From the human T2T-CHM13v2.0 reference genome, Homo sapiens, in assembly GCF_009914755.1 (NCBI RefSeq), contig NC_060927.1: a stretch of DNA of 64,000 nucleotides, one strand, 5' to 3'. Made by a program: the position numbers and the translations under genes. How positions within the stretch are numbered: position 1 is the first letter of the stretch; each line of letters opens with the position of its first letter. This document shows, in pieces, positions 35,250 to 48,589 of this stretch. A model generated the notes under the pieces. The model was not told the origin of the DNA. It saw only the letters and a program-made list of their open reading frames with translations, and searched no databases.

Positions 35250-35774
35250 GATAATGGACTCCAGCTGCATCCATGTTGCTGCAAAGGACATGACTTCATT
35301 CTTTCTTATGGCTACATAGTATTCCATATATTCCATAGTGTATGTGTACCACATTTCTTTATCCGGTCCATCACTGATGAACACCTAGGTTGATTCCGTG
35401 TCTTTGCTATTGTGAATTAGTGCTGTGATGAACATGTCTTTTTAGTAAAACAATTTATTTTCCTTTGGGTATATACCCACTAATGTGGTTGCTGGGTTGA
35501 ATTCTAGTTCTGTTTTAAGTTCTTTGAGAAATCTCCAAACTGCTTTCCACAGTGGCTGAACTAATTTACATTCCCACCAACAATGTATAAGCATTCCCTT
35601 TCCTCTGCAGCCCGGCCAGCATGTTATTTTTTGACTTTTTAATAATAGCCATTCTGACTGCTGTGAGATGGTATCTTATTGTGGTTTTGATTTACATTCC
35701 TCTAACGACTAGAGATGTTAAACATTTTTTCATATGTTTGTTGGCTGCTTGTATGTCTTCTTTTGTATGTCTTC

Positions 35775-35886
35775 TTTTGAGAAATATTTTTTCTCAAAAA
35801 ATTTTCTTTGAGAAATATTTTTTTCTCAAAAAATTTTCTTTGAGAAATATTTTTTCTCAAAAAATTTTCTTTGAGAAATATTTTTT
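35775..35886. repeat. 31-32-bp palindromic tandem repeat, about 3.5 copies
   Basis: Unit TTTGAGAAATATTTTTTCTCAAAAAATTTTC. Confidence 0.95.
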
Positions 35887-36705
35887 ATGTCCTTTGTCCA
35901 CTTTCTAATGCGGTTATTTGTATTTTTCTTGTTGAATTGTTTAAATTCCTTATAGATTCTGGATATTAGACTTGTTGGATGCATAGTTTGTGAATGTTTT
36001 CTCCCATTCTCTATGCTGTCTGTTTACTCTGTTGATAGTTTCTTTTGCTGTGCAGAAGCTCTTTAGTTTAGTTAGGTCCCTTTATCAATTTTTGTTTTTC
36101 TTTCAGTTGCTTTGAAGAGTTAGCTGTAAATTCTTTGGAAAAACTGATGTTGAGAAGGCTATTTCCTAGGTTTTTTTTCTAGGATTTTTATAGTTTGAGG
36201 TCTTACATTTAAATCTTTAATCCATCTTGAGTTAATTTTTGTATATGGTGAGAGGTAGGGGTCCAGTTTCTTTCTTCTGTATATGGCTAGCCAGTTATCT
36301 CAGCACTATTTGTTAAGTAGGGGGTTCTTTCCCAATTGCTTTTTTTTGTCGACTTTGTCAAAGATCAGATGATTGTAGGTGTGAGGCTTTTTTTCTGGGT
36401 TCTCTATTCTGTTCCATTGGTCTATGTGTCTGTTTTCATACCAGTACTATGCTGTTTTAGTTACTGTAGCCTTATGGTATAGTTTGAAGTCAGATAATGT
36501 GATGCCTTTGGCTTTGTTCTTTTTGCTAGTATTGCTTGGGCTATTAGGGCTCTTTTTTTATTCCATGTAAATTTTAGGATTTTTTTTCTTTTTCATTTTT
36601 TGATACATTGATATATTTTGTTAAATTGCTTTCCTGAAATGTACCAATTTATACTCTATTTTCTCTGGAGCCTAGAGTATAATCATTGTAATTTCTTTCA
36701 AAAAA

Positions 36706-37694
36706 ATTTTTTTATTTCAATAGCTTTTGAGATACAAGTGGCTTTGGGTTACATAAATAAATTGTATAATAATGAATTTTGAGATTTTAGTGTACCTATC
36801 ACCTGAGTAGTGTACATTGTACCCAATATGTAGTGTTTTATCCTGTGCCCCTCTCCCAGCCTCCTCCTTCTGAGTCTCCAGTGGTTTTCTAGCCACTGGG
36901 ATAATATTCCAGGAAGGAGTGTAGCTGCCTCTGCTGCACAGTAGAGTTCGCATAAGGAGTGGGGGGTAGCAGGTGGCAGTATGTCTCACCCAGCTCCTAT
37001 GCACTGGGCAAGGCAGGTTTCTCACTTGCAGTATTCACTTACAGTAGCTAGTTAAATTCCAGACAGCCTATGCTCAGAACTCAAAACTGTCCCAGGCCCT
37101 GCCTATCTGCTGTCAAAGTCCAGGCACCCAGTTCCTGTGCCTGTGGCTACTGCACACTTCCCACTCACGCCTGGGTTCTGGCCAAGGGAGTTCATCCCCA
37201 CTCGAGGATTGTATTGTGAATTTCAGTTGGTAGCTTCTTTCAACCTGCCACCACTGTTTGAATTAATTGGCAGACTTTCATGAGGTTCCCTTTTTATATA
37301 GAATCAGGCGTGGCTTCCCTTGGTCCATACTAGAGACTGGGAATGTGCGCAAGGCTCTTCATTGTGCTGCTCTTACTTTTATATGTCCCACCACTCACTA
37401 TATCAGTTCCAGTGCTGTGTAGGGTTAAGGCTACACAGGTTCCCTGGTATGAGTTTATATCCTGGAGGCAGACTCCCCTACCTCACACTCTGAGGACTTA
37501 TAGTTTTTTACCTGGCTCATAGTGTAGGCTGCAGCCTGCTGCTTCTTTCAAAGGGCCTGTGATTTCCTTCCATTTTCCTATTAAGGTCCTGCATTGCTTC
37601 TTGGAAAAAAGTTAACAGTGTGAATCTCTACTCACTATTTTGACTTTGCAAGTGGAAGAGGCATTCTAACACTGCTTCTAGTTTGCCGTCTTGG
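36706..37694 (-). mobile_element. Internally deleted L1PB-like element (5' UTR joined directly to the 3' UTR end)
   Basis: 36706-36880 is an L1 3' end; 36881-37694 resembles the 5' UTR at about 10875-11754. Confidence 0.75.
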
Positions 37695-38744
37695 AAAATA
37701 AAATAGAATAGCTTTTTTCTATTTCTGTGAAAAATGACATTGATAGTTTGATAGGGATAGCACTGAATCTATAAGTTTCTTTTTGCAGTATGGCTATTTT
37801 AACGATATTGATTTTTTCAATCCATGAGCATGGAATATTTTTTCATTTATTTGTGTCATGTCTGATTTCTTTCAGCAGTGTGTTGTAGTTCTTGCAGAGA
37901 TCTTTCACCTCCTTGATTAGATGTATTCCTAGGTATTTCCTTTTTCTGTGGCTATTGTAAATGGGATTGTGTTGCTAATTTGGCTCTCCACTAGAATATT
38001 ATTACTGTATAGAAATGCTACTGATTTTTAATTTTTTAAAGGTGTATTTAGGCTTCTAGATGTTCTTTCCCACCTGACCTGCTCAAAACATATAATTAAC
38101 TTTCCCTGAAAGAATTCTGGATGTTGTATCTCTGATCTCAGTGGTACTAGCTGTAGCTAAGGATAGAGAGTGGTAAAAGGGAGGTGGTGAAATGAAAATA
38201 AAGAAATTAAGTAAAAGTTGACTTTTGGAATAATGGCATCATATCCCCTGAAATGGCACAAGTGCTTTCCCTTAATTCCCAGAACTTTGTCAAGAGATTG
38301 GGAGAATGTCTGGTAAAGAGGAAATATCCAGAGATTTTATCAAAATAACTATTTGCTCACCTGATCATCCCAGAATAAATCTTGTCATTTAACAATTTCT
38401 GCACACACACAGAAGCTTATAGGCAGCATTTCAGTCCTTTGTTTTTAATTTTTTTAGGAGAAAATGATAAAATAAATACTCATTTACACAGATTTTAAAA
38501 TTATCAAGATTTTATTATTTTATCATTTCTTTTCTTTACTGAAGTATTTTAAGGCAAATCATAGTCTCCTAGTCTATGTGCTATTTTATCTTTACTTACT
38601 TCACTGTGATGTGACTTTTTAAAAACATAATCACAATATTATCATTCCAAAATTAGCAACAGTTCCTTGGTATTCTCTAATTCCCAGTCCATAATTAAAT
38701 TTTCTCAATTCTTTAAAAAAATTTTTTACTGTCATTTAAAAAAA

Positions 38745-39178
38745 TATTTTAAGTTCTGGGATACATGTGCAGAACGTGCAGGTTTGTTACATAAGTATAC
38801 ACATGCCATGGTGGTTTGCTGCACCCATCAACCCATTATCTACGTTAGGTATTTCTCCTAATGCTATCCCTCCTCTAGTTTCCCCACCCTCAACAGGCCC
38901 TGGTGTGTGATGTTCCCCTCCCCGTGTCCATGTATTCTCATTATTCATCTCCCACTTATGAGTGAGAACATGAGGTGTTTGGTTTTCTGTTCCTGTGTTA
39001 GTTTGCTGAGATTGATGGTTTCCAGCTTCATCCATGTCCCTGCAAAGGACATGAACTCAACCTTTTTTATGGCTGCATAGTATTCCATGGTGTATATGTG
39101 CCACATTTTCTTTATCCAGTTTATCATTGATGGGCATTTGGGTTGGTTCCAAGTCTTTGCATTGTGAACAGTGCTGCA
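38745..39178 (-). mobile_element. L1PA7/8-like 3' end
   Basis: ORF 38945..39127 ([19 protein letters not shown]) plus 3' UTR. Confidence 0.9.
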
Positions 39179-39350
39179 AAGCCGCTGTCAATTTGTTTTA
39201 ATTGAGTTTCATGCAAGGTCCATATGTCATATTTAGTTATTAAATTTCTTGCTTCTCTTTTATCTATGAAGGCCTCTCTTCCTTTTTTCCCTTTGTCTTA
39301 ATTAGCTTGTTGTAGAAACCAGTCCAGTTGTGCTTCTAGTACCTCATTTT

Positions 39351-41454
39351 TTAAAATTACGCTTTTATTTTAGGTTTGGGGTACATGTACAGGTTTGTTA
39401 TATAGGTAAACTTGTGTATGGGGGTTTGTTGTACAGATTACTTCGTCACCCAAGTACTAGGCCTAGTATCCAATAGATATTTTTTCTTATCTTTTCCCCC
39501 TTCCACCCTCCACTCTCAAGTAGGCCCCAGTGTCTATTGTTCCCCTCTTTGTGTCCATCCATCCTCATCATTTGGCTCCCACTTATAAGTGAGAACATGT
39601 GGTATTTGCTTTCCTATTGCTGTGTTAGCTTGCTAAGGATAATGGCCTCCAACCCCATCCATGTTCCTGCAAAGGACATGATCTCATTCTTTTTTTATGG
39701 CTGTATCCAATCTGTCGTTAATGGGCATTTAGGTTGATTTTGTGTCTTTGATATTGTGAATAGTGCTGCAGTGAACATACGCATGCAAATGTCTTTATGG
39801 TAGAATAATTTATATTCCTTTGCGTTTATACTCAGTAATGGAATTGCTGGGTTGAATGGTAGTTCTGTTTTTAGGTCTTTGAGGAATTGCTACACTGCTT
39901 TACAATATGGTTGAACTAATTTACACTCCCACCAAGAGTGTATAAGCATTTCCTTTTCTACATAACCTTGCCAGCATCTGTTATTTTTTTTTTGACTTTT
40001 TAGTGATAGCCATTCTGACTGGTGTGAGATGATATCTCATCGGTGTTTTGATTTGCATTTCTCTAATGATCAATTATATTGAGTTTTTTTTCATATGCTC
40101 ATTGGCCACATGTATGTCTTCTTTTGAGAAGTGTCTGTTCATGTCTTTTGCCCACTTTTTAACGGGGTTGTTTGTTTGTTTTTTTTCTTGTAAATTTGAG
40201 TTCCTTATACATGCTGCATATCGGGCCTGTTTTAGATGCGTAGTTTGTAAATTTTGTCTTCCATTCTGTAGGTTGTCTGTTTACTCTGTCGATAGTTTCT
40301 TTTGGTGTGCAGAAGCTTTTAAGTTTACTTAGATCAAATTTGTCAATTTTGGCTATTGTTGTGATTGCTTTTGATGTCATTGTCAAGAAATCTTTACCTA
40401 TTCCTATGTCCAGAATGGTATTGCCTAGGTTGTCTTCCAGGTTTTTTATAGTTTTGGGTTTTACATTTAAGTCTTTAATCCATCTTGAGTTAATTTTTGT
40501 ATACGGTGTATGGAAGGGGTTTAGTTTCAATCTTCTGCATATGGCTAGCCAGTTACCCTAGCACCATTTATTGAATAGGGAGTCTTTTCCCCATTGCTTG
40601 TTTTTGTCAGCTTTGTCAAAGATCAGATGGTTTAGGTGTGTGTTCTTATTTCCGAGCTCTCTCTTCTGTTTCATTGATCTATGTCTCTGTTTTTGTGCCA
40701 GTACTATGCTGTTTTGCTTACTGTAGCCCCGTAGCATAGTTTGAAGTTGGATAGTGTGATGCTTTTGGCTTTGTTCCTTTTGCTTAGAATTGCTTTGTCT
40801 ATTTGGGCTCTTTTTTTTTGTTCCATATGTATTTTAAAATAGTTTTTTTCTAGTTCTGTGAAGAATATCATTGTTAGACAGGAATAGTATTGAATCTCTA
40901 AATTGCTTTGGGTGGTATGGACATTTTAATGATACTGATTCTTCCTATCCATGAGCATGTGATGTTTTTCCATTTGTTCATGTCAGCTCTGCTTTCTTTG
41001 ACCAGTGTTTTATAATTCTCATTGTAGAGATTTTTTACCTCCCTGGTTAACTGTTTTCCTATTCAGTTTGTTTTGTGGTCATTATGAATGAGATTGCATT
41101 CCTGATTTGGCTCTTGGCTTGGCTGTTGTTGGTGTATAGGAATAGTAGTGATTTTTGTATGTTGATTTTGTATCCTGAAACTTTGCCAAAGCTGTTTATC
41201 AGCTGAAGGAGCTTTTGGGCTGAGACTATGGAGTTTTCCAGATATAGAATCATGTCATCTGCAAACAGGGATAGTTTGACTTCCTCTCTTCCTATTTGGA
41301 TGTACTTCATTTCTTTCTCTTGCCTGATTACTCTGGTCAGAACTTTCAATAATATGTTGAATAAGAGTAATGAGAGAGGGCATCCTTGTCTTGTTCTTGT
41401 TTTCAAGAGGAATGCTTCCAGCCTTTGCCTATTCAGCATGATGTTGGTTGTGAG
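39351..41454 (-). mobile_element. L1PA13-15-like 5'-truncated element
   Basis: ORFs 40159..40530 and 41059..41439 ([12 protein letters not shown]); TSD AGTACCTCATT (39338-39348) / AGTACTTCATT (41455-41465). Confidence 0.9.
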
Positions 41455-42809
41455 AGTACTTCATTCTTGATTATGAACAGACAACAAAGGATAATCAGCC
41501 TTCTGAGCAGAGCCTCAAACATGAAAGTCAAAAAGTAAAACAAAGAAAGAGTCTCAAAGAGAAACAGAAGCAATGCAGCAAACTGAAGAAAACTTCAAAA
41601 ACACACTAGAATTGATATCCTCAAAGAAATACAAATTGTATTCATGGGACAAGAAAAGGGGCAATTAAAAAAGGCCTTTTGGAGAATAAGAAAGAAATTT
41701 TGGTAGTTAGAATGTGATAGCAGAAGTTAAAACTTTAATAGGATGGAAGATAATGAAAGAACAGAAAGTTAAAAGTGGTAAAATGGTAGAGAAAGGATAA
41801 GAAAGCTAAGAGATCTGTTCAGGAAATTCCACAACTAAAATAATAGAAAGATGTTCCAGACAGAAACAGAAAATTGACAGGAAAGCATCATTCTCCCTAG
41901 GGTAAATTTCTGAAAACTAAAGAAATCAGTTTCTAAAGCAAGTACTCACCAAGTGCCCAGCACAGAGAATGACAAAAGATTAACATGATGATACATTGTG
42001 ATCAAATTGAAGAAACCCAAGTGAAAAGTAAAAAATTTTCTTTCAGAAAAAGCTTCTGAAGCAGGGGGAAGGGTGGGGGGCCCACCATATATCACACAAA
42101 GAAATAGAAATGGGAATGTCATTGGATTTCTCAGCAGCATCACTGGAAATTAGGAAACAATGGAATGGTGTCCTAATCTTCTGCTGAATATTTTTAAAAT
42201 ATATGATTTTCTATTCAGCCAAACTGTTCCATCTGAGATAAAATAACATGTTCAGACATCCAGAGTCTCAAATTTACTGCCAATGCACAGGACATTTCTG
42301 GATGATTTGCTCCTAGGAGTAAACCAAGAAGGAATAAAACTTTGGAACCAGGGTATAGGAGAATTGACATGAAAGAGAGATGAGGACAGTTCCTGAAGTG
42401 ATGGAGAAGGGAAGTCTTATGATGACAGCTGTGTAGTCAAACCAGAGCATAAACCAGACTATAGCAGGGGAATAGAAAGCTCCAGGAAGGCTACCTCCTG
42501 GTAAAGAAATGATTTGGAAAGATTATCTGCTGTGTCTGAAGGTGTCAGGAGAAGAATTACCTCTCTGTCAAAGATGGAAGAAGAGTAAATGATGGTACCC
42601 AGAAAACTACGAAAGAAGAAAAGGAGACAATTTTTAATTCCAGAGACAACAAAAAGTTATACAAGAAAGAAATATAATCATGGCATTATATGTTGCTCAC
42701 AAGTGAATAACAATGTGAATACTAAATATAATTTAATAAAAAGTGCTGATTTAACTATATTGGGAGGATTAAGAGAAAAGTATGTAGATATGTATAGGAG
42801 GGTCAATTC

Positions 42810-43242
42810 TTATTAGCTACCTACCCCAACATCCATTTTGCCTTCTAAGTAACAGAATATATCTGGGGGCTAATCTTTAAAGGACGACACCTTCCATCTG
42901 CATGTGCAGCTAAGTATGGCCATGTATCTAAGTTCAGTAGAAGTATTCAGTGGTACTTTAAGGAAATTGGCTTAAAACGGATGGAGTAGGCTGTTATTCT
43001 CCTGTTCCTGGCCTGGAATGGGAATGTAATGATTGAAGCTTTCACCACCATCATGGACTATGAGAATAAAGTACAGATACCAAAGATGATAGACCAGAGA
43101 GTTGGAAGGATATGAGGCCCTATATGATATTAGCACTGAACTGATTACCAATGCATTTGTTTTATGTGAGATTATATATATATTTATGCCATCATATTCA
43201 GGTGGCAATTATATGTAGCATAACTAGATCTTAACTGATATG
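42810..43242 (+). mobile_element. Old MLT1 (H/I-like) LTR
   Basis: CCTGGCCTGGAATG..CCATCATGGACTATGAG..CTTAACTGATA. Confidence 0.55.
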
Positions 43243-43418
43243 TATCACTAAATAATATATAAAATTAAATATTAGGAAATATCAGTGTAAACATGTTAGT
43301 AATATGGAGGTAAATACTAGGAGAAACAGGAAAAAAACATTAAAAGTAGTTGCCTTTGGCAGTGGGAATTGGGGTAGAAGCACATGGTTACTATTTTTTT
43401 AATAACCCTTTTAGTCAT

Positions 43419-44771
43419 TGTTACAGTTTGGATGTGGTTTGTCTTCACCAAAACTCATGATGAAATTTGAGCCTCAAGGCAGCATTGTTGCGAGGTACGG
43501 CCTCATCGGAGGTGTTTGGGTCATAGGGGCAGATTCCTCATGAATAGATTAATCCCCTCCCTTGTGAGTGAATGGAGTTTTTGCTCTGGCAAGAATGGAT
43601 TAGTTCCCAAGATAGCAGGTTGTTAAAATACGAGAGAGAGGTGCATGGCCACCGGCTTTCAGCCCATTGTCCTTGTTCTTTGGCTTGCAAATCGAGAGTA
43701 CCCTCCAAATCACTTGACTTTCCTTTTCTCAGAGTTGTAGCTCTCCAGAGATGTCCCCAGATGCTCCACATTAAAGATACATCCTTTCATTGCTTTTCCC
43801 CCCAGCAATTATGAAGTGTTTACGAGAGAACTAATTCACATTGTCATGGCTGGAAATATTCTCTGATGCTCAACTCCCCTAATCTATAGATTGAATTGGT
43901 TTAAGGTCTACTTTGTATTACGAGCATTGTTGTTCCTCCTTGATAGTGACTCTGTTCTTGGTTCAGGTGGACAGCTACTATGCTGCCATTAAAAACCAAC
44001 TAGGTGGGAGCTTATTCCTCTGCTGAATTGTGCAGTGACTGGTCTCACCCAAGACTTTCATGTGTGAAGAAGCACCTTCTTTTTATCAGGAAATTTCTAG
44101 TATTTCCTGTTATTCACAGCTGAATGTAATGCCTCAGTTCATTTTCAATTGTTTGATTATATGTGATAAAAAATGTGTTTTCTTGGCAACCAATATTTCT
44201 GTACATTTATATTAGAAATAGATTAATAACTGTTTATAGCAACTACATGCTAACAAATCTTATTGTCTTTTTAATTAATTAAGCTAAACATCCCATTGCC
44301 ATGATGTATTAGATCAAGTTTATAATGTTACCATGTTATTCTTTGGACGTTGTGAGTTAGTGTTACCATGTGGATAAAATGTCAGACATCTTTTTCCTCA
44401 TGTAAATTTTACTTTTCATGTTTATATACTTACAGTTTTAATTTTGATCCTAAGTTTTCATTCATTCATTATACCAAAAGTTAACTCATGTTCTTCCAAA
44501 TGACTTCTTACCGAAAGCCACACACAAAAAAAGAGTTTGGCTTCCTTGATTTTTTTTCTCTCTTGCTTCCTCTCTCATCACGTGATCCCTTTGCACATGC
44601 CCCTTTCCACTTTCTGCCATAAGTGGAAGCAACATGAGGCCCTCGCTTGATGCAGCTATCCAATCTTGAATTTTCCAGTCACCAGAATCATGAACAAAGT
44701 AAACCTTTCTTTCTTTATAAATTACCTAGCCTCAGGTATTCTTTTACAGCAACACAAAATGGACTAAGGCA
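43419..44771 (+). mobile_element. MST (MSTB/C-like) solo LTR split by a 0.9-kb insert
   Basis: LTR pieces 43419-43634 and 44536-44771; TSD GTCAT/GTAAT. Confidence 0.82.
43635..44530. other. Unidentified non-repeat-like insertion (possible retrocopy or orphan transduction)
   Basis: Interrupts a contiguous MST LTR; flanked by AAAATACGAG (43625-43634) and AAAAAAAGAG (44526-44535). Confidence 0.65.
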
Positions 44772-45115
44772 GTAATATTTGACATTTTAAATTTGAACAT
44801 GTATTACTTTAAATGAAATTAAATTAATATTTTTAGTTGTGATTAATATTTATGTTCATTGTAAACAGTTGAACAATACAACAGAATATAGATAAAAAGT
44901 TCTGCCTCTCTTCAATATTCTTTACTTTTTCCCCCTGCCCATAAATTCCACTCTCCTCCCCAGGATTTGGTGCCCAAGATTTGGTCTCTCCATATTTTTT
45001 CTGTACATTCATATAGCATATATAAGAGACATAGTTTCTTCTTCTACTCCTTTTTATTAAAAGTAAGTATATTTAAATGTTAACTTGAAAATTGTACATA
45101 TGAGAGAATACTTAA

Positions 45116-45259
<144 letters not shown>

Positions 45260-48195
45260 TAAGATTAAAGAACTGAAAATTATAAAGATTGAAAAGATAT
45301 GCTTAATACTAACTTTGTAAATAGCCAAACACATTTTAGTAATATGGTTTCTATATCTGGTGTGATTGAGAAAAGTGAAACAGCATTAGGTTTTCTTTTT
45401 TCTTTTTTAAACCATTATCTCAATGAATAGTGTTGCTAATTAAATTTAAATTAGGCATATACCTTGTTCTATTAGTGCCTTGTTACTGTTCTTATTTTGT
45501 GGTGGCATTTAGAATGAAAGCACGGTAACTAATTTCCCTCTTCACCAATATTTCTTGGTGTATTTGATCCTCTGAGTGATAGTCCAGTGACAAGAAAAGT
45601 AATAGAATAAGAAAACTTCCTAAATAATATTAACATACTCCTTAAATTCAGAAATATCTAGTGTAAAGCATGTTAATTCTGCTTTTATATAATCTTTGGA
45701 GGGTTTATAATACCTAAAGATAAAATCCAGCGTTCTAAAGAAACTAAGAAGTACATTTTCTTTCCTAAAATTTGAATTGAGTATATTGAGAATGTTTATG
45801 AGAAAGAATAATTCCTTTTTGAATTGAATAACTTTTAGCTCTTAGAAAAGGGAAGGCAATAAGTTAATTCAACATGGCAAATGACACAGGTTCTGGATGA
45901 CTAAAAAAGTATGCTGGGTGAGTGTTTTGAATAAGTTTTTGCTTTTTATCTAAGAATTATTACCAGGAATATTCTGAATAAATTTCTGTGGGCTAATAAT
46001 TTTTAATTCATTTTCTGATAATAACCTATTGAACATCTACCTTTTACAAATGCTTTGCACATAACTGATGCTCAATACATAATTTTTGAATGAATCCATG
46101 AATGAAATCCACTCACAAAACAAGTGACCATTTTTATCATCAGAAATCCCCTTGATCCTTTCCTAGAAATCTGGTGTTGAACCAAAAGGATAATGCCATC
46201 CAGGTGACCCCAACTTTTGTATTTTAATCAGGACTATCAGTATTCATTTTTGGCTTCTGTAATAGCTTTGGCCCATATCTGCCGCAGAAGGCTCATCTGA
46301 TTTATCCACCAAAGCCTTCATGGATGGTAAGATTTACCTTTAAAGGCTGGACTGGGACTAGACCAAATAATTATTGCCGCTTCAGGATATTATGGGACTG
46401 ATACACTTGATCCTAATTATTTTCATTTTTGCATGTTATCTTCAGTATTTCAAATTTTTGAAGAAACATAGACATACAAATGGAGGTGTTATTTTTATTC
46501 TGTATTCTAATTTTGTCATCATTTTGAGTTATACTTTTAACAGCTTATTTTGTTCACATGTTTCCATAGATCTGTGATTTTTGCTCATTTTTAGCTGAAA
46601 GATCACAAATTAGGAGTCTGGGATCTGACTTACATAAAAATAGTACATACTAAAAACAATTTTGGAAGTAACTAGTCAACTAGACACTTAGTACAAATTA
46701 CAGTTTGTAATAGATGAATAGAAATAATTATTGTTTTTATACTTTCACTGGTAGATATAATGCATTCCATAGAAAAAGGTATACTGTTAAAAATAAAATC
46801 AAACCAAATTTCTAGAGTTCAGTGACTTTTGTTGCATTACTAAAAGCTGATTTTAAGCTAGATTATTGATTATTTTTAAAATATCAGGCCATAAAACTTA
46901 GTTGCTCTTAATAAAGAAAAAGAGCTTATAATCTTCTGTCTTGAAGAGGTAAAGGATTCGTAGGCCAAAATGTGGGATGAAAAAAAAAAAAGAGTTAAGG
47001 GAAAGAAACATGAGCTTTTTACTCAGATATAATCATCTTTATTTATGGAGCCTAAAAGGAACTTTCAGTAGATCAGTGAACTATGTTTTGGGGTCCATTG
47101 CTGTTTTTAATTTCTTCTCTCTTTTGTTTAATTACAATTGGGCTTAATCACTAGCCTCCAGCAAAGTATTCTTTCATGTTCTGTGTTTTCCCTGACATCA
47201 TTTCCAGCCTGTGTCTTGCAAGGGCTCAGCATATTAGTTGGCACATTGGTTGGCTCAGCACATCTGCTACTCAGAATAAAGTGTCTTTTGAAAATGCAAA
47301 TTAATTGTAGAAGGCCTATAAAATAGATATTAAAAACCTGAATGAAATATAGATATATTTCACCTCACAAAGTTGTGTTTAAGTTCAATATTCCAAATCA
47401 GACCATATTTGAAATATTCTAGCAGTATTTACTTTTAGAGGATTACTATTGTGAATCTTTTATAAATTATTTGAAATAAAGAGTACTTATCCTTTAATTT
47501 TTCTTATTTGTAAAGCTAGACCTTATCATCTCTAAAATTTTCAATGTCAACTCCAAAAATTTCTCTTGCAGCTCTCTCAGTTTCACTTCGCTTCTTCAGT
47601 CTAATTAAGGATGCTAATATTTTTTCTTAATTTCCCAACCATATTTTGGCTTTACTTTGTTTTCTATCCTTGATCCCATAGTTTATTACCCCGTATCTTT
47701 TTAAAAACATCCTCATTGAGATATAATTTGCATACCACAAAATTCACCTATCTTAAGGAGACAATTTAATTATTTTTAATAAACCTACAGAGTTGTGCCA
47801 CCAAATGTTAGCTATTAGATTGGCAACCACATCCAATATTAGAACACTTGACTAATTCCAGAAAAGACCCTCCAGACCCTCATGCCATCTTCAATCAATC
47901 TCTGTGCTCACCTTCAGCTCACCAGGCAACTAACATTTCTCTTTCTATAGATTTATACTTTTCTCGACATTTCAGATATATGGAATCATACAATATGTTG
48001 TCTTTACATCTGGCTTTTACTAATTATGTTTTTGAGGTTCACTCATGTTGTGGCACTTATCCATACTTTTGTTCCTTTTTATTGCTGAACAGTATTCCAC
48101 TGTATGGATATACCACATTTTATTTATCCATTTACCAGTTGATGGATATTTGGATTGTTTCCACTTGTTGGTGCTTATGAATAATGCTGCTGTAA

Positions 48196-48589
<394 letters not shown>

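Larger units (their letters stand above)
34775..38030 (-). mobile_element. L1PA16/17-like 3' fragment with two nested insertions
   Basis: Antisense 3' UTR at 34775, with ORF2 text continuing 35250-36590 and resuming at about 37703-38030. Confidence 0.8.
41480..44830 (+). mobile_element. HAL1 / old L1 ORF1-like element interrupted by MLT1 and MST LTRs
   Basis: A-rich ORF1-like text (CACCAAGTGCCCAGCAC; TTCTCAGCAGCATCACTGGAA) and a HAL1-like end (AAAAGTAGTTGCCT..CATGTATTACTTT). Confidence 0.55.

Noticed and set aside
35775-35886. CRISPR-like palindromic ~32-bp repeats
   Set aside because: No spacers, no cas genes, eukaryotic context, and the unit derives from L1 sequence.
36881-37694. Spliced L1 (SpIRE) explanation for the 5' UTR-3' UTR fusion
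   Set aside because: The homologous 5' UTR near 10875 shows no GT donor at the fusion point on the sense strand, so deletion or a template switch fits better.
43538-43814. ORFs at the left edge of the unidentified insert
   Set aside because: They straddle the LTR/insert junction and resemble no protein I recognise.
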